Assembly: GCA_965197725.1 (NCBI GenBank)
Contig: CBDANQ010000031.1
Location: forward strand, 1 to 61,827
Direction of reading: 5' to 3'
Source of the DNA: Longimicrobiales bacterium
GTDB taxonomy: Bacteria > Gemmatimonadota > Gemmatimonadetes > Longimicrobiales > Gaopeijiaceae
Length of the DNA: 61,827 bases
Part shown: positions 51,339 through 60,595 of the stretch, piece by piece
Position numbering within the stretch: position 1 is the first letter of the stretch
Layout: each line of letters opens with the position of its first letter
Notes under the pieces: model-generated
What the model was told of the DNA's origin: nothing
The model's input: only the letters and a program-made list of their open reading frames with translations
Database searches by the model: none
Made by a program: the position numbers and the translations under genes

Positions 51339-51364
51339 CTAGCGCTTCTACCACGGGCTGGTAG
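51339..51364. repeat. Second IS-end scar
   Basis: CTAGCG-CTTCTACCACGGGCTG-GTAG, 3 bp after the recG stop; 16-mer identical to 28589-28604. Confidence 0.55.
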
Positions 51365-51464
51365 GGTCGCAGCCGCTTCCCTAGTGCCGCCCTCGACTCC
51401 ACTCTTCATGTATTGGGAAGCAAATTAGGGCCGGGGCTGGGCGCCCCGCGTACGCCGGCAATCG

Positions 51465-52769
51465 ATGACTTCAAGCGGAATCATGGTCGATATCGAACGG
51501 TTGGGTGAGCATGTCGGTGAGACCGTCACCGTGCGGGGGTGGGTGGAGACGACACGTGGTCACGGCAAGGTCGCGTTCCTCGTGGCCAGGGACGGCACCG
51601 GCACCGTGCAAGCCGTCTTGCTCAGAGATCAGGTCGAGGGAACGGCATGGAGGCTGCACGGCTCGTTGACGCAGGAGTCGCTCATCACCGTCACGGGTGA
51701 GGTCAAGGAGGATGCGCGGGCGCCCGGAGGATACGAGCTCGGCGTCACCGCGTTGTCGTTGCTGTCCGGCGCGGCGGAATACCCGATCCAGGCCAAGGAG
51801 CACGGGGTCGACTTCCTACTCGATCACCGACATCTCTGGCTGCGTTCCCCGCTGCAGCGGGCCAGCCTCAAGGTGCGCGCGGAGGTTTCGCAGGCGATCC
51901 ACGACTTTTTCTACGGCCGCGGCTTCACCCGGATCGATACGCCTATTCTCACGGGTGCGATCGGCGAGCATGCCGGGACGCTCTTCGAGACCGGGTATTT
52001 CGGCCAGACGGCCTATCTAGCACAGACGGGTCAGCTCTATGTCGAGGCCGCGTGCCCCGCGTTTCAAAAAGTGTACTGCTTCGGTCCGACGTTTCGGGCG
52101 GAGAAGTCGAAGACGCGGCGACACCTGACCGAGTTCTGGATGATCGAGCCCGAGGTCGCGTTCGCGGACTCGGACGACAACATGCGCCTGCAGGAGGAGT
52201 TCGTTTCGTATCTGGTGAAGAGAGCCCTCGAGAATTGCGCGGATGAGCTCGAAGTCCTGGAACGGGACACCAGCAATCTCGAGCGCATCAAGACTCCGTT
52301 CCCCCGCGTCAGCTACACCGAAGCGGTGGAGCTCCTGAAGCAGAAGGGATCCAGGACCGAATGGGGGCAGGACCTCGGCGCGCCCGACGAAGCGGCGCTG
52401 ATGGAGGATCAGGATCGTCCACTCTTCGTCTACAACTATCCGAAGGGCGCCAAGGCCTTTTACATGAAGGAGAACCCGGACGATCCACGAACGGTGCTCT
52501 GCAATGACCTGCTCGCGCCGGAGGGGTACGGTGAGATCGTCGGCGGGAGTCAGCGAGAGGATGACCACGACCGCCTCCTGGCTCGCATCCAGGAGGAGGG
52601 TCTTCCCGAAGAGGCATACCGGTGGTACCTCGACCTGCGGCGCTTCGGGACTTTCCCGCACTCGGGATTCGGACTCGGGCTCGAGCGCACTGTCGGGTGG
52701 ATCACGGGTCGCCACCACATCCGCGAGATGATACCGTTCCCGCGGCTCATGAACCGGCTGCACCCCTAG
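51465..52769 (+). CDS. asnS: Asparagine--tRNA ligase
   Basis: HRHLWLRS, YLAQTGQLY, GPTFRAEKSKTRRHLTEFWM, GEIVGGSQRE, PHSGFGLGLER. Confidence 0.96.
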   Translation: MTSSGIMVDIERLGEHVGETVTVRGWVETTRGHGKVAFLVARDGTGTVQAVLLRDQVEGTAWRLHGSLTQESLITVTGEVKEDARAPGGYELGVTALSLLSGAAEYPIQAKEHGVDFLLDHRHLWLRSPLQRASLKVRAEVSQAIHDFFYGRGFTRIDTPILTGAIGEHAGTLFETGYFGQTAYLAQTGQLYVEAACPAFQKVYCFGPTFRAEKSKTRRHLTEFWMIEPEVAFADSDDNMRLQEEFVSYLVKRALENCADELEVLERDTSNLERIKTPFPRVSYTEAVELLKQKGSRTEWGQDLGAPDEAALMEDQDRPLFVYNYPKGAKAFYMKENPDDPRTVLCNDLLAPEGYGEIVGGSQREDDHDRLLARIQEEGLPEEAYRWYLDLRRFGTFPHSGFGLGLERTVGWITGRHHIREMIPFPRLMNRLHP

Positions 52770-53007
52770 AAGGCTGTTGAAGAGGTACAGTGGTGCCCAA
52801 CACCGCGCTGAAATGAACATACGCGTCCGTGGGTTGGGATGGCACGGCCCCATCTCCGTCGTTGGAGCGTCTCGGAGTAGCTACGGCTACACGTTCACCG
52901 CTCCGCGACCCGCGCATTGCGCGGGTGCCCTCTGGGGCCGTGGCATCCCGGGGACCCGCGCGTTAGCACGGGTGGCCGCCCGCTGTACCTCTTCAACAGC
53001 CTTCTAG
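52766..53007. mobile_element. MITE-like structured repeat, copy 1
   Basis: 25 bp perfect terminal inverted repeat CTAGAAGGCTGTTGAAGAGGTACAG; no transposase; overlaps the asnS TAG; homologous to 58997-59239. Confidence 0.85.
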
Positions 53008-53019
53008 CCGCGTCTCGAT

Positions 53020-54096
53020 ATGCCGAGGGCAGTGCTGGACATGATGGACCGGCGTCCCATTTGGGCGATGCCGCAGTGGGTCCCCGAGGACATTCGTGCC
53101 GCGCTGCCCGCCGACTGGCAGCTCGTCGTCATCGATGAAGAGACCGAAGGCTCAGGGGACGGAACGGGGCGGGTGTCGACGGCCGTGTTGGAGGCCGTGG
53201 CCTCGGCGGAGATCTACTTTGGATACGGAATCGCTGCCGAGCTCATCCAAGCGGGTCGGGCGCTCCGTTGGGTCCACTCGGGTGCCGCGGGCGTCGGCAG
53301 CTCCCTGACTCCCGCGATGCTCTCGAGCGACGTGGTGTTCACGAACTCCGCCAAAGTCCACGGGGAGCCGATGGCCGAGACCGTGATCGGCATGATCCTG
53401 TTCTTCGGCCGGGGACTCGATTTGGCGGTTGCCAACCAACGCACGTCCGACTGGGACACTGACCCCTACTTTCGAGGTGAAGCGCCGCTTAGCGAGCTCT
53501 CCACGTCGACTCTGGGCATCGTCGGGTACGGGGGCATCGGCAGGGAGGTCGCGCGACGCGCGGCAAGTCTGGGCGCGCGCGTGATCGCTCTCAAGCGCAG
53601 TCCGCCCGGGCCCGAAGACGCGGCGCTGAAGGCTGTCGGAGGTGGAGGGTCGCTTGCCGCCGACATCGCTGTCGTTCACGGTGCCGACGGCCTGCACCGC
53701 GTACTATCCGAGAGCGACGTGCTTGTCCTGGCCGCCCCCGAAACCGAACAGACCCGCGGCATGATCGACGCGGGCGCGCTCCGGAGGATGAAGACCGGAG
53801 CTCTGCTGATTAATGTGTCACGCGGCGGGCTGGTCGTTGAGGACGCTCTTGTGGTGGCGCTTCAAGAGGGACGACTACGAGGCGCCGGACTCGATGTGTT
53901 CGCGGAGGAGCCGCTCGCGGCGGATCACCCGCTGTGGGCGCTACCGAATGTGCTGATCACACCGCACGTATCGGCGGTGACGCGCGGGTTCTGGGCGCGG
54001 GAGACAGCGCTCATCCTGCACGACCTCGACTGCTTCCTGCGCGGCGCTGCCCCGAGGGAGTGGTTGAACCGCGTCGACAAGGCCGCGGGCTACTAG
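53020..54096 (+). CDS. D-isomer specific 2-hydroxyacid dehydrogenase
   Basis: WVHSGAAGV, GIVGYGGIG, LINVSRG, GAGLDVFAEEPL, ITPHVS. Confidence 0.9.
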   Translation: MPRAVLDMMDRRPIWAMPQWVPEDIRAALPADWQLVVIDEETEGSGDGTGRVSTAVLEAVASAEIYFGYGIAAELIQAGRALRWVHSGAAGVGSSLTPAMLSSDVVFTNSAKVHGEPMAETVIGMILFFGRGLDLAVANQRTSDWDTDPYFRGEAPLSELSTSTLGIVGYGGIGREVARRAASLGARVIALKRSPPGPEDAALKAVGGGGSLAADIAVVHGADGLHRVLSESDVLVLAAPETEQTRGMIDAGALRRMKTGALLINVSRGGLVVEDALVVALQEGRLRGAGLDVFAEEPLAADHPLWALPNVLITPHVSAVTRGFWARETALILHDLDCFLRGAAPREWLNRVDKAAGY

Positions 54097-54126
54097 CAGC
54101 AGCGTGCGAGCAAGGGATCCTGTCAC

Positions 54127-54924
54127 TTAGCGCCCCGGCTCCTCTCCTTTGAGCTCGTGCCACAGGCGGTCGAGCACTTCGAGACCTGCGCTCTCGATCC
54201 GGATTCCGCGCTCGAGCGCGAGTTCCTCGAGCCGCTCGAAGCGAGCCTGGAACTTCGTGTTCGCTCGACTCAAGGCGGTGGTGGGGTGGGGGCCCGCGAG
54301 CCGCGCCAGATTCACGGCCGCAAAGAGGAGATCCCCGATCTCTTCCCCAACGGCCTCGGCGTCACCGGACTCTAGGGCGCCCCGTACCTCTTCCAGCTCC
54401 TCGTCGACCTTTTGCCACGCCCCCTCGTAGCTCTCCCAGTCGAACCCGACCGCGGCCACTCGCTCCTGAATCCGGAACGACTTCGTCAGAGGATCGAGCC
54501 CCTTCGCCATGCCGGCCAGAACGCTTTCGCCCGCCTTGCGCTCAGCCGCTTTTAGGACCTCCCACCCTTGTCGCTCACCGTTCCCGAAGAGGTGGGGGTG
54601 GCGCCGGATCATCTTCTCCTCGAGCCGTGCATAGACGCTGTCGGAATCCATGGTGCCCGCCTCTTCAGCGACAACGATCTGGAACGCGAGGTTGAGCAGC
54701 AGGTCGCCGAGCTCGCCCTCTACGTCCTGGGTGCGGCCGTCGCGGATCGCGTCGACGACCTCGTGTGTTTCCTCGAGCAGATGCGGGATCAGTGACTCGG
54801 CGGTCTGCTCCGCGTCCCAGGGGCAGTTCTGCCTCAGGAAGCGGACCAGCCTGACCGCCCGATCGAGCGTTCCAGGCCCTGGAAAGTGGTGCGGCTCGGC
54901 TTCGTTGTCGGGGGTGTGGGTCAT
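54127..54924 (-). CDS. mazG: Nucleoside triphosphate pyrophosphohydrolase
   Basis: CPWDAEQT, EETHEVVDAI, ELGDLLL, RRHPH, GFDW, EEIGDLLF. Confidence 0.94.
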   Translation of the reverse strand: MTHTPDNEAEPHHFPGPGTLDRAVRLVRFLRQNCPWDAEQTAESLIPHLLEETHEVVDAIRDGRTQDVEGELGDLLLNLAFQIVVAEEAGTMDSDSVYARLEEKMIRRHPHLFGNGERQGWEVLKAAERKAGESVLAGMAKGLDPLTKSFRIQERVAAVGFDWESYEGAWQKVDEELEEVRGALESGDAEAVGEEIGDLLFAAVNLARLAGPHPTTALSRANTKFQARFERLEELALERGIRIESAGLEVLDRLWHELKGEEPGR

Positions 54925-54975
54925 GGAGTCCCGGGGGTCGTAGGTGAGGATAGTTCTTGGCATCTTTCTCGGCGC

Positions 54976-56103
54976 ATGTCAACGAATCCGACCACCCGAG
55001 CCTGGGCCGAAATCGACGCCGCGGCGCTCCTGCGTAACGCCAGGACCGTCCAGTCGTCCGTCGGTGCCCATGCGCGCCTGCTTCCCATGGTGAAGGCGGA
55101 CGCGTACGGCCTGGGTGTCGCTGGGGCGGTGCGGGCGCTCGAGCCCACTGATCCCTGGGGGTTCGGCGTGGCGACCGCCGAAGAGGGCGCCCATCTGCGC
55201 GCGCTCGGCGTCACGCGGCCGGTCGTCGTGGTGAGCCCGGTGCCCGCAGGCTCGCTGCGTACCGCGCTGGAGTCCGACCTGCAGATCGGGATCTCGAGTC
55301 TCGACGCTCTAAGAGTGACCCAAGACACGGCTCGATCTCTCGGACTGCGCGCTGGTGTACACCTCGAGATCGATACGGGTATGGGCCGGTCCGGCCTCGA
55401 CTGGCGTGCCGTGGACACCTGGGCTCCGGCGGTGTCACAGGCGGCCGCGCAGGCGCTTCGCTGGGTAGGGTGCTACACACACCTACACTCCGCCAACGAG
55501 GGTCCGGAATCGGTACACGAACAGTGGCGTAGGCTTCAAAGCACCCTCGAGCGCCTCGAACCACCTGATGACGTCGTGGTTCACGTACTCAACAGTGCGG
55601 GCGCGATGCGGCTCCCTGAGTACGCGGTGGCGGTGGTGCGGCCGGGGATCTTCCTCTACGGCGGTGAGGTGGGGGCGGGGCTCCCGGCTCCGGAACCCGT
55701 GGCCCAGCTGCGGGCGCGCGTCGTGCATCTCAAGGAGGCGGAGCCGGGGGACACCGTCGGATATGGCGCTACGTACCGCGCGCGAGACTCCCAGCGGTGG
55801 GCCACGCTGTCGATCGGATACGGAGACGGACTCCCGCGGGCGCTCGGCAATCGGGGACATGCGCTGCTACGGGGGGTTCGGGCACCGATCATCGGGCGGA
55901 TCTCCATGGACGTGACGGTGATAGACATCACCGGCGTTCCGGACGTTGGGCTCGGCGATACCGCTACGCTGATCGGCACCGACGGCGAAGATCGCATCAC
56001 CTTGGACGAGGTGGCGGGACTGGCTGGCACGATCAGCTACGAAGTTCTGACCGGCCTCACGCCGCGGATTCCCCGGATTTGGAAGGGTCTCGATGGATCT
56101 TGA
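54976..56103 (+). CDS. alr: Alanine racemase
   Basis: MVKADAYGLG, DTGMGRSG, RPGIFLYG, VGYGATY, GYGDG, GRISMD, TISYE. Confidence 0.96.
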   Translation: MSTNPTTRAWAEIDAAALLRNARTVQSSVGAHARLLPMVKADAYGLGVAGAVRALEPTDPWGFGVATAEEGAHLRALGVTRPVVVVSPVPAGSLRTALESDLQIGISSLDALRVTQDTARSLGLRAGVHLEIDTGMGRSGLDWRAVDTWAPAVSQAAAQALRWVGCYTHLHSANEGPESVHEQWRRLQSTLERLEPPDDVVVHVLNSAGAMRLPEYAVAVVRPGIFLYGGEVGAGLPAPEPVAQLRARVVHLKEAEPGDTVGYGATYRARDSQRWATLSIGYGDGLPRALGNRGHALLRGVRAPIIGRISMDVTVIDITGVPDVGLGDTATLIGTDGEDRITLDEVAGLAGTISYEVLTGLTPRIPRIWKGLDGS

Positions 56104-56491
56104 GAGTCTTATCGACGAGGCTCGGGCCGTGGCAGAAAAAGCGTACGCGCCCTACTCGGGGTTCCGCGTGGGTGCGGCGCTGCTCGCCCAAGACGGGTCC
56201 GTGCATGTGGGATGCAACGTCGAGAACGCGTCATACGGTCTCACGGTGTGTGCGGAACGGTCAGCGGTGGCGGGTGCGGTTGCGCAGGGCGTGAGGCGCT
56301 TTCGCGCGGTGGCGATCGTCACCGATGGTGAGCGGCCCGTCGGCCCCTGTGGCGCATGCCGTCAGGTCCTCGCGCAGTTTGCGCCGGATCTCGTCGTAGT
56401 TTCGGAGGCGGGTGGTCTTCGAAAACAGTGGACATTGGGCGAACTTCTGCCCGTGCCCTTCGAGGGCCTGCCGGAACGGCCCGGCAGGTAA
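56093..56491 (+). CDS. cdd: Cytidine deaminase
   Basis: AYAPYSGFRVGAA, GCNVENASY, CAERSA, PCGACRQ. Confidence 0.96.
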   Translation: MDLESLIDEARAVAEKAYAPYSGFRVGAALLAQDGSVHVGCNVENASYGLTVCAERSAVAGAVAQGVRRFRAVAIVTDGERPVGPCGACRQVLAQFAPDLVVVSEAGGLRKQWTLGELLPVPFEGLPERPGR

Positions 56492-56511
56492 CAGAATCGG
56501 AACGAGACAGC

Positions 56512-57819
56512 GTGTGTAGGCACCTTATCGGATCATTGCTCGGCTTGACGGTACTCGGCGTCGTCGCATGCGAGGAACAGACGCCGACGTCGCTTGACGA
56601 TGCCCTGCTCCCCGCGGAGCCGATCACGTTGGAGCTGCACATCCCCTGGGAGGACTTCGCTTCCGGACTCGAGGTCATCGGTGGCTTCGGTACCCCCGCG
56701 GAGCTGGGTATCGGTGTGCTCGCCAAGTCCTTCGCGGGCACGCTCGACGCCCGAACTCTGGTGCGATTCGGGGCGTACCCCGCATCGGCATCCGTCAGGG
56801 ATACCACGGGAACGACGCGCACCGATACGTCGCTCACATTCCTCGGTGGTCGCGTGGTCGCGTTTCTGGATACGATCGCGAGCACGAACGAAGGGCCGGT
56901 GCTGCTCAGTCTGGGCGCGATCCAGCACGACTGGGACGTGAGCACGGTCACCTGGACCAACGCGGTCGATACGATCGACGATCGGCGCTCGTGGCCGGAG
57001 GCGGGCGCCGGGCCGGTGGCGCTCTTGGCCACCGCCGAGTGGGACCCGGCGAGGGGTGATTCCGTCTGGTTCGAGCTCGACTCGGCGCAGATCGCAGCGT
57101 GGGCCGATGCCTCGGCCCTAAGCCGGGGTGCGCGCATCGACCTGCTCACGGAAGGCGCGCGCGTCCAGATCTCAACGGCTGTATTGCGACTCAACACCCG
57201 CCCGAGTCTTAACCCCGACTCGACGTTCTTCCTCCTCGCCCCGCGCGAGGAGATCAGTTTCGTGTACGACCCGTTCCCCGAGCCTCCCCCGGACGGCATT
57301 CGCGTCGGTGGGGCGCCGGCTTGGCGTACGGTTCTCGACGTGCGTATGCCGAAGCGGCTCAATGGCCCGGATGCGCTGTGCGCCGTGGTCACGTGCCCCG
57401 TGACACTCCATGCCTCCGAGCTCAACTATGCGGGGCTGGTATTGCGGACCCGGCGAACCCAAGCGGCGTTCCAGCCGACCGACACCGTGGCGATCGACGT
57501 GCGGCCGGTGCTCAGTCGGGTGTCGTTGCCGAAGGCGCCGCTGGGGAACTCACTGGCCGGCACTGCGGGCCGCCTCATCCGGCCCGAGCTCTTCGGCGAG
57601 CAGGCTGGACAGGACGTCGAGGTTCCGATCACGATCTTCGCGCAGCATCTCATCTCAGGGACGGACGCGGTGGGGATCGAGCCCTCGGAGACGCTCGCGT
57701 TGCTCTCGGTCTTGGAGCCGGTTTCGATCGCGTTCGCGTCGTTCCATGGCCCGGGTGACGAAAACGCCCCATTCCTCAAGTTGATCGTAACTATCGGCCG
57801 ATCAGTGGAGCTACCGTGA
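56512..57819 (+). CDS. Hypothetical lipoprotein
   Basis: Hydrophobic signal ending VVAC; beta-rich 435 aa; overlaps the next gene by 4 bp. Confidence 0.7.
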   Translation: MCRHLIGSLLGLTVLGVVACEEQTPTSLDDALLPAEPITLELHIPWEDFASGLEVIGGFGTPAELGIGVLAKSFAGTLDARTLVRFGAYPASASVRDTTGTTRTDTSLTFLGGRVVAFLDTIASTNEGPVLLSLGAIQHDWDVSTVTWTNAVDTIDDRRSWPEAGAGPVALLATAEWDPARGDSVWFELDSAQIAAWADASALSRGARIDLLTEGARVQISTAVLRLNTRPSLNPDSTFFLLAPREEISFVYDPFPEPPPDGIRVGGAPAWRTVLDVRMPKRLNGPDALCAVVTCPVTLHASELNYAGLVLRTRRTQAAFQPTDTVAIDVRPVLSRVSLPKAPLGNSLAGTAGRLIRPELFGEQAGQDVEVPITIFAQHLISGTDAVGIEPSETLALLSVLEPVSIAFASFHGPGDENAPFLKLIVTIGRSVELP

Positions 57820-59000
57820 GGCACGTGCCTGCGCGCATGCTGGTCTTCGCGCTGACCGCGGCGCTGTCATCGAGCGCGGCGCCGCTGTGTGCACAGTCGC
57901 TCTACAACGCGGCTGGGCTCGGCCTCCCAGCCGAGTCGATCGACGGGCGCGGACGGGCGTTGGGCAACCTCGGCATCGGTCTGTGGGGGCACTCGATTCT
58001 GCCGAGCGATCCAGGTGCGGCCAGCTTCCTCGTCGTGCCCTCGGCGTTGCTCGTGGGGCAGCCGTCCTGGGTCGAATACCAGCGTGGAGCAGACGAGAGC
58101 GGGAGGTTTCAGGGCAACCGCTTCCCATTGCTCGGTATCGGATACCCGCTCTTTTCCGGCATGTTTACCGCTAGCTTCGGCTCGTTCCTCGACCAGCGCT
58201 TCGACGGCCAACGGGATGTGACGGTCGAACTGCCCGACGGTCCCATCGATGCTACGGACTCCTTCGAGCAGGACGGCGCCGTCTCCCACGTCAACTTCGG
58301 CTACTCGCGGCGGCTGAGCGCGCGGCTGGGCGTAGGCGTCACGGTGGGTCGGTACGCGGGCTCCGTCACGCGCCGGTTGATGCGCGACTTCGGCGAGGTG
58401 ACCGGGACCGAGAACCTCGACGTCTACGAGGTGGGCGGCCGGTGGAGCTATGCCGGCTTGTCCGTGACGGGGGGCTTCGCTGCCGACGTTGGCTCCGTCG
58501 CGCGTGTCGCGGGTAGCGCGACTTGGTCCGGCTCCCTCGACGCCACCGCATCGGAGGGGACGGAAGGGAGCGACGGCGCCTTCGACCTTCCCCTTCAGTA
58601 CCGGTTGGGTACGAGCGTCGTGCTGGCACCCGGACTACTCGTGACGGCAAGCGTGATTCGCGCCGATTGGGCGAACCTCGCTGACGACTTGGCCACCCCC
58701 TCCACCGTGGGAAGCACGAACGGATTCGGCGTGGGTCTCGAGTTGTCGCGCGCGCGGCTGTTGGGTCTTGCCGCACCGCTTCGGTTCGGATACCGGAAGA
58801 GTAATCTCCCGTTCTCGTTCGGGAGCTCGGGCGCGACCGAGACCGCCTTCGCCGGCGGCTTCGGCGTCATCTTGAATCAGATAAGCGGGATCACTCTGGC
58901 CGGCGCTGACTTTGCGCTGGAGAGGGGTGAGCGCTCCGACTCCTCGCTCACGGAGAGGTTCTGGCGCGCGACGGTCTCGCTGCGCGTATCCGGTTATTAG
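57816..59000 (+). CDS. Putative outer-membrane beta-barrel protein (FadL-like)
   Basis: Signal peptide, QSLYNAAGLG..GRGRALG N-terminus, alternating beta-strand pattern, aromatic C-terminal LRVSGY. Confidence 0.7.
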   Translation: MRHVPARMLVFALTAALSSSAAPLCAQSLYNAAGLGLPAESIDGRGRALGNLGIGLWGHSILPSDPGAASFLVVPSALLVGQPSWVEYQRGADESGRFQGNRFPLLGIGYPLFSGMFTASFGSFLDQRFDGQRDVTVELPDGPIDATDSFEQDGAVSHVNFGYSRRLSARLGVGVTVGRYAGSVTRRLMRDFGEVTGTENLDVYEVGGRWSYAGLSVTGGFAADVGSVARVAGSATWSGSLDATASEGTEGSDGAFDLPLQYRLGTSVVLAPGLLVTASVIRADWANLADDLATPSTVGSTNGFGVGLELSRARLLGLAAPLRFGYRKSNLPFSFGSSGATETAFAGGFGVILNQISGITLAGADFALERGERSDSSLTERFWRATVSLRVSGY

Positions 59001-59239
59001 AAGGCTGTTGAAGAAGTACAGCGGTGCCCAACACCTTGGCTGATATGATCTTACGCGTGTGTGGGTTGCGGTGGCACGGCCCCATCTCCGTCGTGGGGGC
59101 TCCTAGCCGTAGCGACGGCTATGGCGTCGTCGCCCCGCGACCCGTGCTATGCACGGGTGCCCTCTGGGGCCGTGGCATCCCGGGGACCCGTGCGTTAGCA
59201 CGGGTGGCGGCCCACTGTACTTCTTCAACAGCCTTCTAG
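58997..59239. mobile_element. MITE-like structured repeat, copy 2
   Basis: 24 bp perfect terminal inverted repeat TAGAAGGCTGTTGAAGAAGTACAG; overlaps the TAG of the barrel gene; homologous to copy 1. Confidence 0.85.
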
Positions 59240-59257
59240 GCACGCCACCACGCAACC

Positions 59258-60595
59258 ATGGCCAGCATGCGCGTCTTCTATCACACCTTCGGCTGCAAGG
59301 CCAATCAGTACGACACCGAGCGCATGCGCCAGGAGGTGGAAGCGCGTGGAGGCGAGACCATGGCCAGTCGCTCCGACGCCGACGTCTACGTGGTCAACAC
59401 GTGTACGGTCACCAACCAGGCGGACGCTGACGCCCGACGCTTCATCCGTCGCCTGGTGCGGGAAAAGCCAGAGGCGCAGGTCGTGGTCGCGGGCTGCTCG
59501 GCGGCGCTCAAGGCCGACGAATACCGGGCGATGCCCGGGGTTACCGCGGTCATAGAGGGACATGATCCCATCGCCGTCGCCGGTGCTCTCGAGCCGGCGG
59601 CGCCGGTGCGGATCGAGCTCCGTTCGTCACTGGACCGGATCGACACCGAAGCTATCGGGGGCGAGCTGTTGAGGACGCGCCTAGGCGCGGCACGAGGGTG
59701 GCTCAAGGTCCAGGACGGATGCGACCGCCAGTGTTCGTTCTGCGCCACGCGTCTGGCTCGAGGCGAGTCGCGCTCGCGAGCGCCCGAACAGGTCGTGGCG
59801 GAAGCGCTGCTGCTGTCCCGCCGGCATGCCGAACTGGTCGTCACAGGCGTCCACATCGGGCACTACGGGAGGGATCTGGAAGCGATCTGGACGCTGTCAC
59901 GTCTCATGGCGCTGTTGCTGGACCGGGTCCCGGACACGCGCTTCCGCCTGGGCAGTATTGAAGCGACGGAGGTAGACGATTTGCTCATCGACCTCCTTGC
60001 CACCTCCGAGGGACGGCTCGCTCCCCACGTCCACATGCCGCTTCAGAGCGGGGCAGACCCCGTTCTCAGGCTCATGCGGCGCTGGCACACCCGAGAGCAG
60101 TATCGCGTGCGCATGCTCGAGATCGCCGAACGCTTGTCTCCGATCGGACTCGGCGCGGACGTGATCACGGGGTTCCCGGGAGAGACCGAGCGTGATCACG
60201 ACGCGACCCGAACGCTGATCGAGGAGCTGCCCTTCACGTACTTGCACGTCTTTCCGTTCTCCCCGCGTGCAGGGACAGTCGCCGTCGGCCTTCCTCACCC
60301 GGTTCCGCAGCGTGTGTCCGGAGAGCGGAGCCGTGAGCTTCGGGACATCGCTCAGGCGAAGGGCACCGCGTACCGGGCGACGCGCCTCGGCGGTGCCGCC
60401 GAGGTGGTCGTCGAGGGTGACGGGGGCACGGCACTGACCGGGGACTATCTGCGAGTCGGGGTGGGCGACGCGGTTCCACCGGACCGCCGCGCGCTGAGGG
60501 GCGCGCGCTCGCGGCTTGGCGCAGGTACACTGCAGGGGGATGCGGACCATCTGTATATTGCGTGGTCCCAGGAACCTACCGTCATTTCAGCATGA
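59258..60595 (+). CDS. mtaB: tRNA t6A37 methylthiotransferase
   Basis: HTFGCKANQYD, NTCTVT, LKVQDGCDRQCSFC radical SAM motif, HVFPFSPRAGT. Confidence 0.88.
   Translation: MASMRVFYHTFGCKANQYDTERMRQEVEARGGETMASRSDADVYVVNTCTVTNQADADARRFIRRLVREKPEAQVVVAGCSAALKADEYRAMPGVTAVIEGHDPIAVAGALEPAAPVRIELRSSLDRIDTEAIGGELLRTRLGAARGWLKVQDGCDRQCSFCATRLARGESRSRAPEQVVAEALLLSRRHAELVVTGVHIGHYGRDLEAIWTLSRLMALLLDRVPDTRFRLGSIEATEVDDLLIDLLATSEGRLAPHVHMPLQSGADPVLRLMRRWHTREQYRVRMLEIAERLSPIGLGADVITGFPGETERDHDATRTLIEELPFTYLHVFPFSPRAGTVAVGLPHPVPQRVSGERSRELRDIAQAKGTAYRATRLGGAAEVVVEGDGGTALTGDYLRVGVGDAVPPDRRALRGARSRLGAGTLQGDADHLYIAWSQEPTVISA

Noticed and set aside
52777..53007. Small homologous ORFs inside the repeats (also 59024..59239) as a peptide family
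   Set aside because: Starts differ, there is no SD, and substitutions preserve base pairing rather than codons
52766..53007. T-box or riboswitch linked to asnS
   Set aside because: It lies downstream of asnS, has terminal inverted repeats and recurs at an unrelated locus
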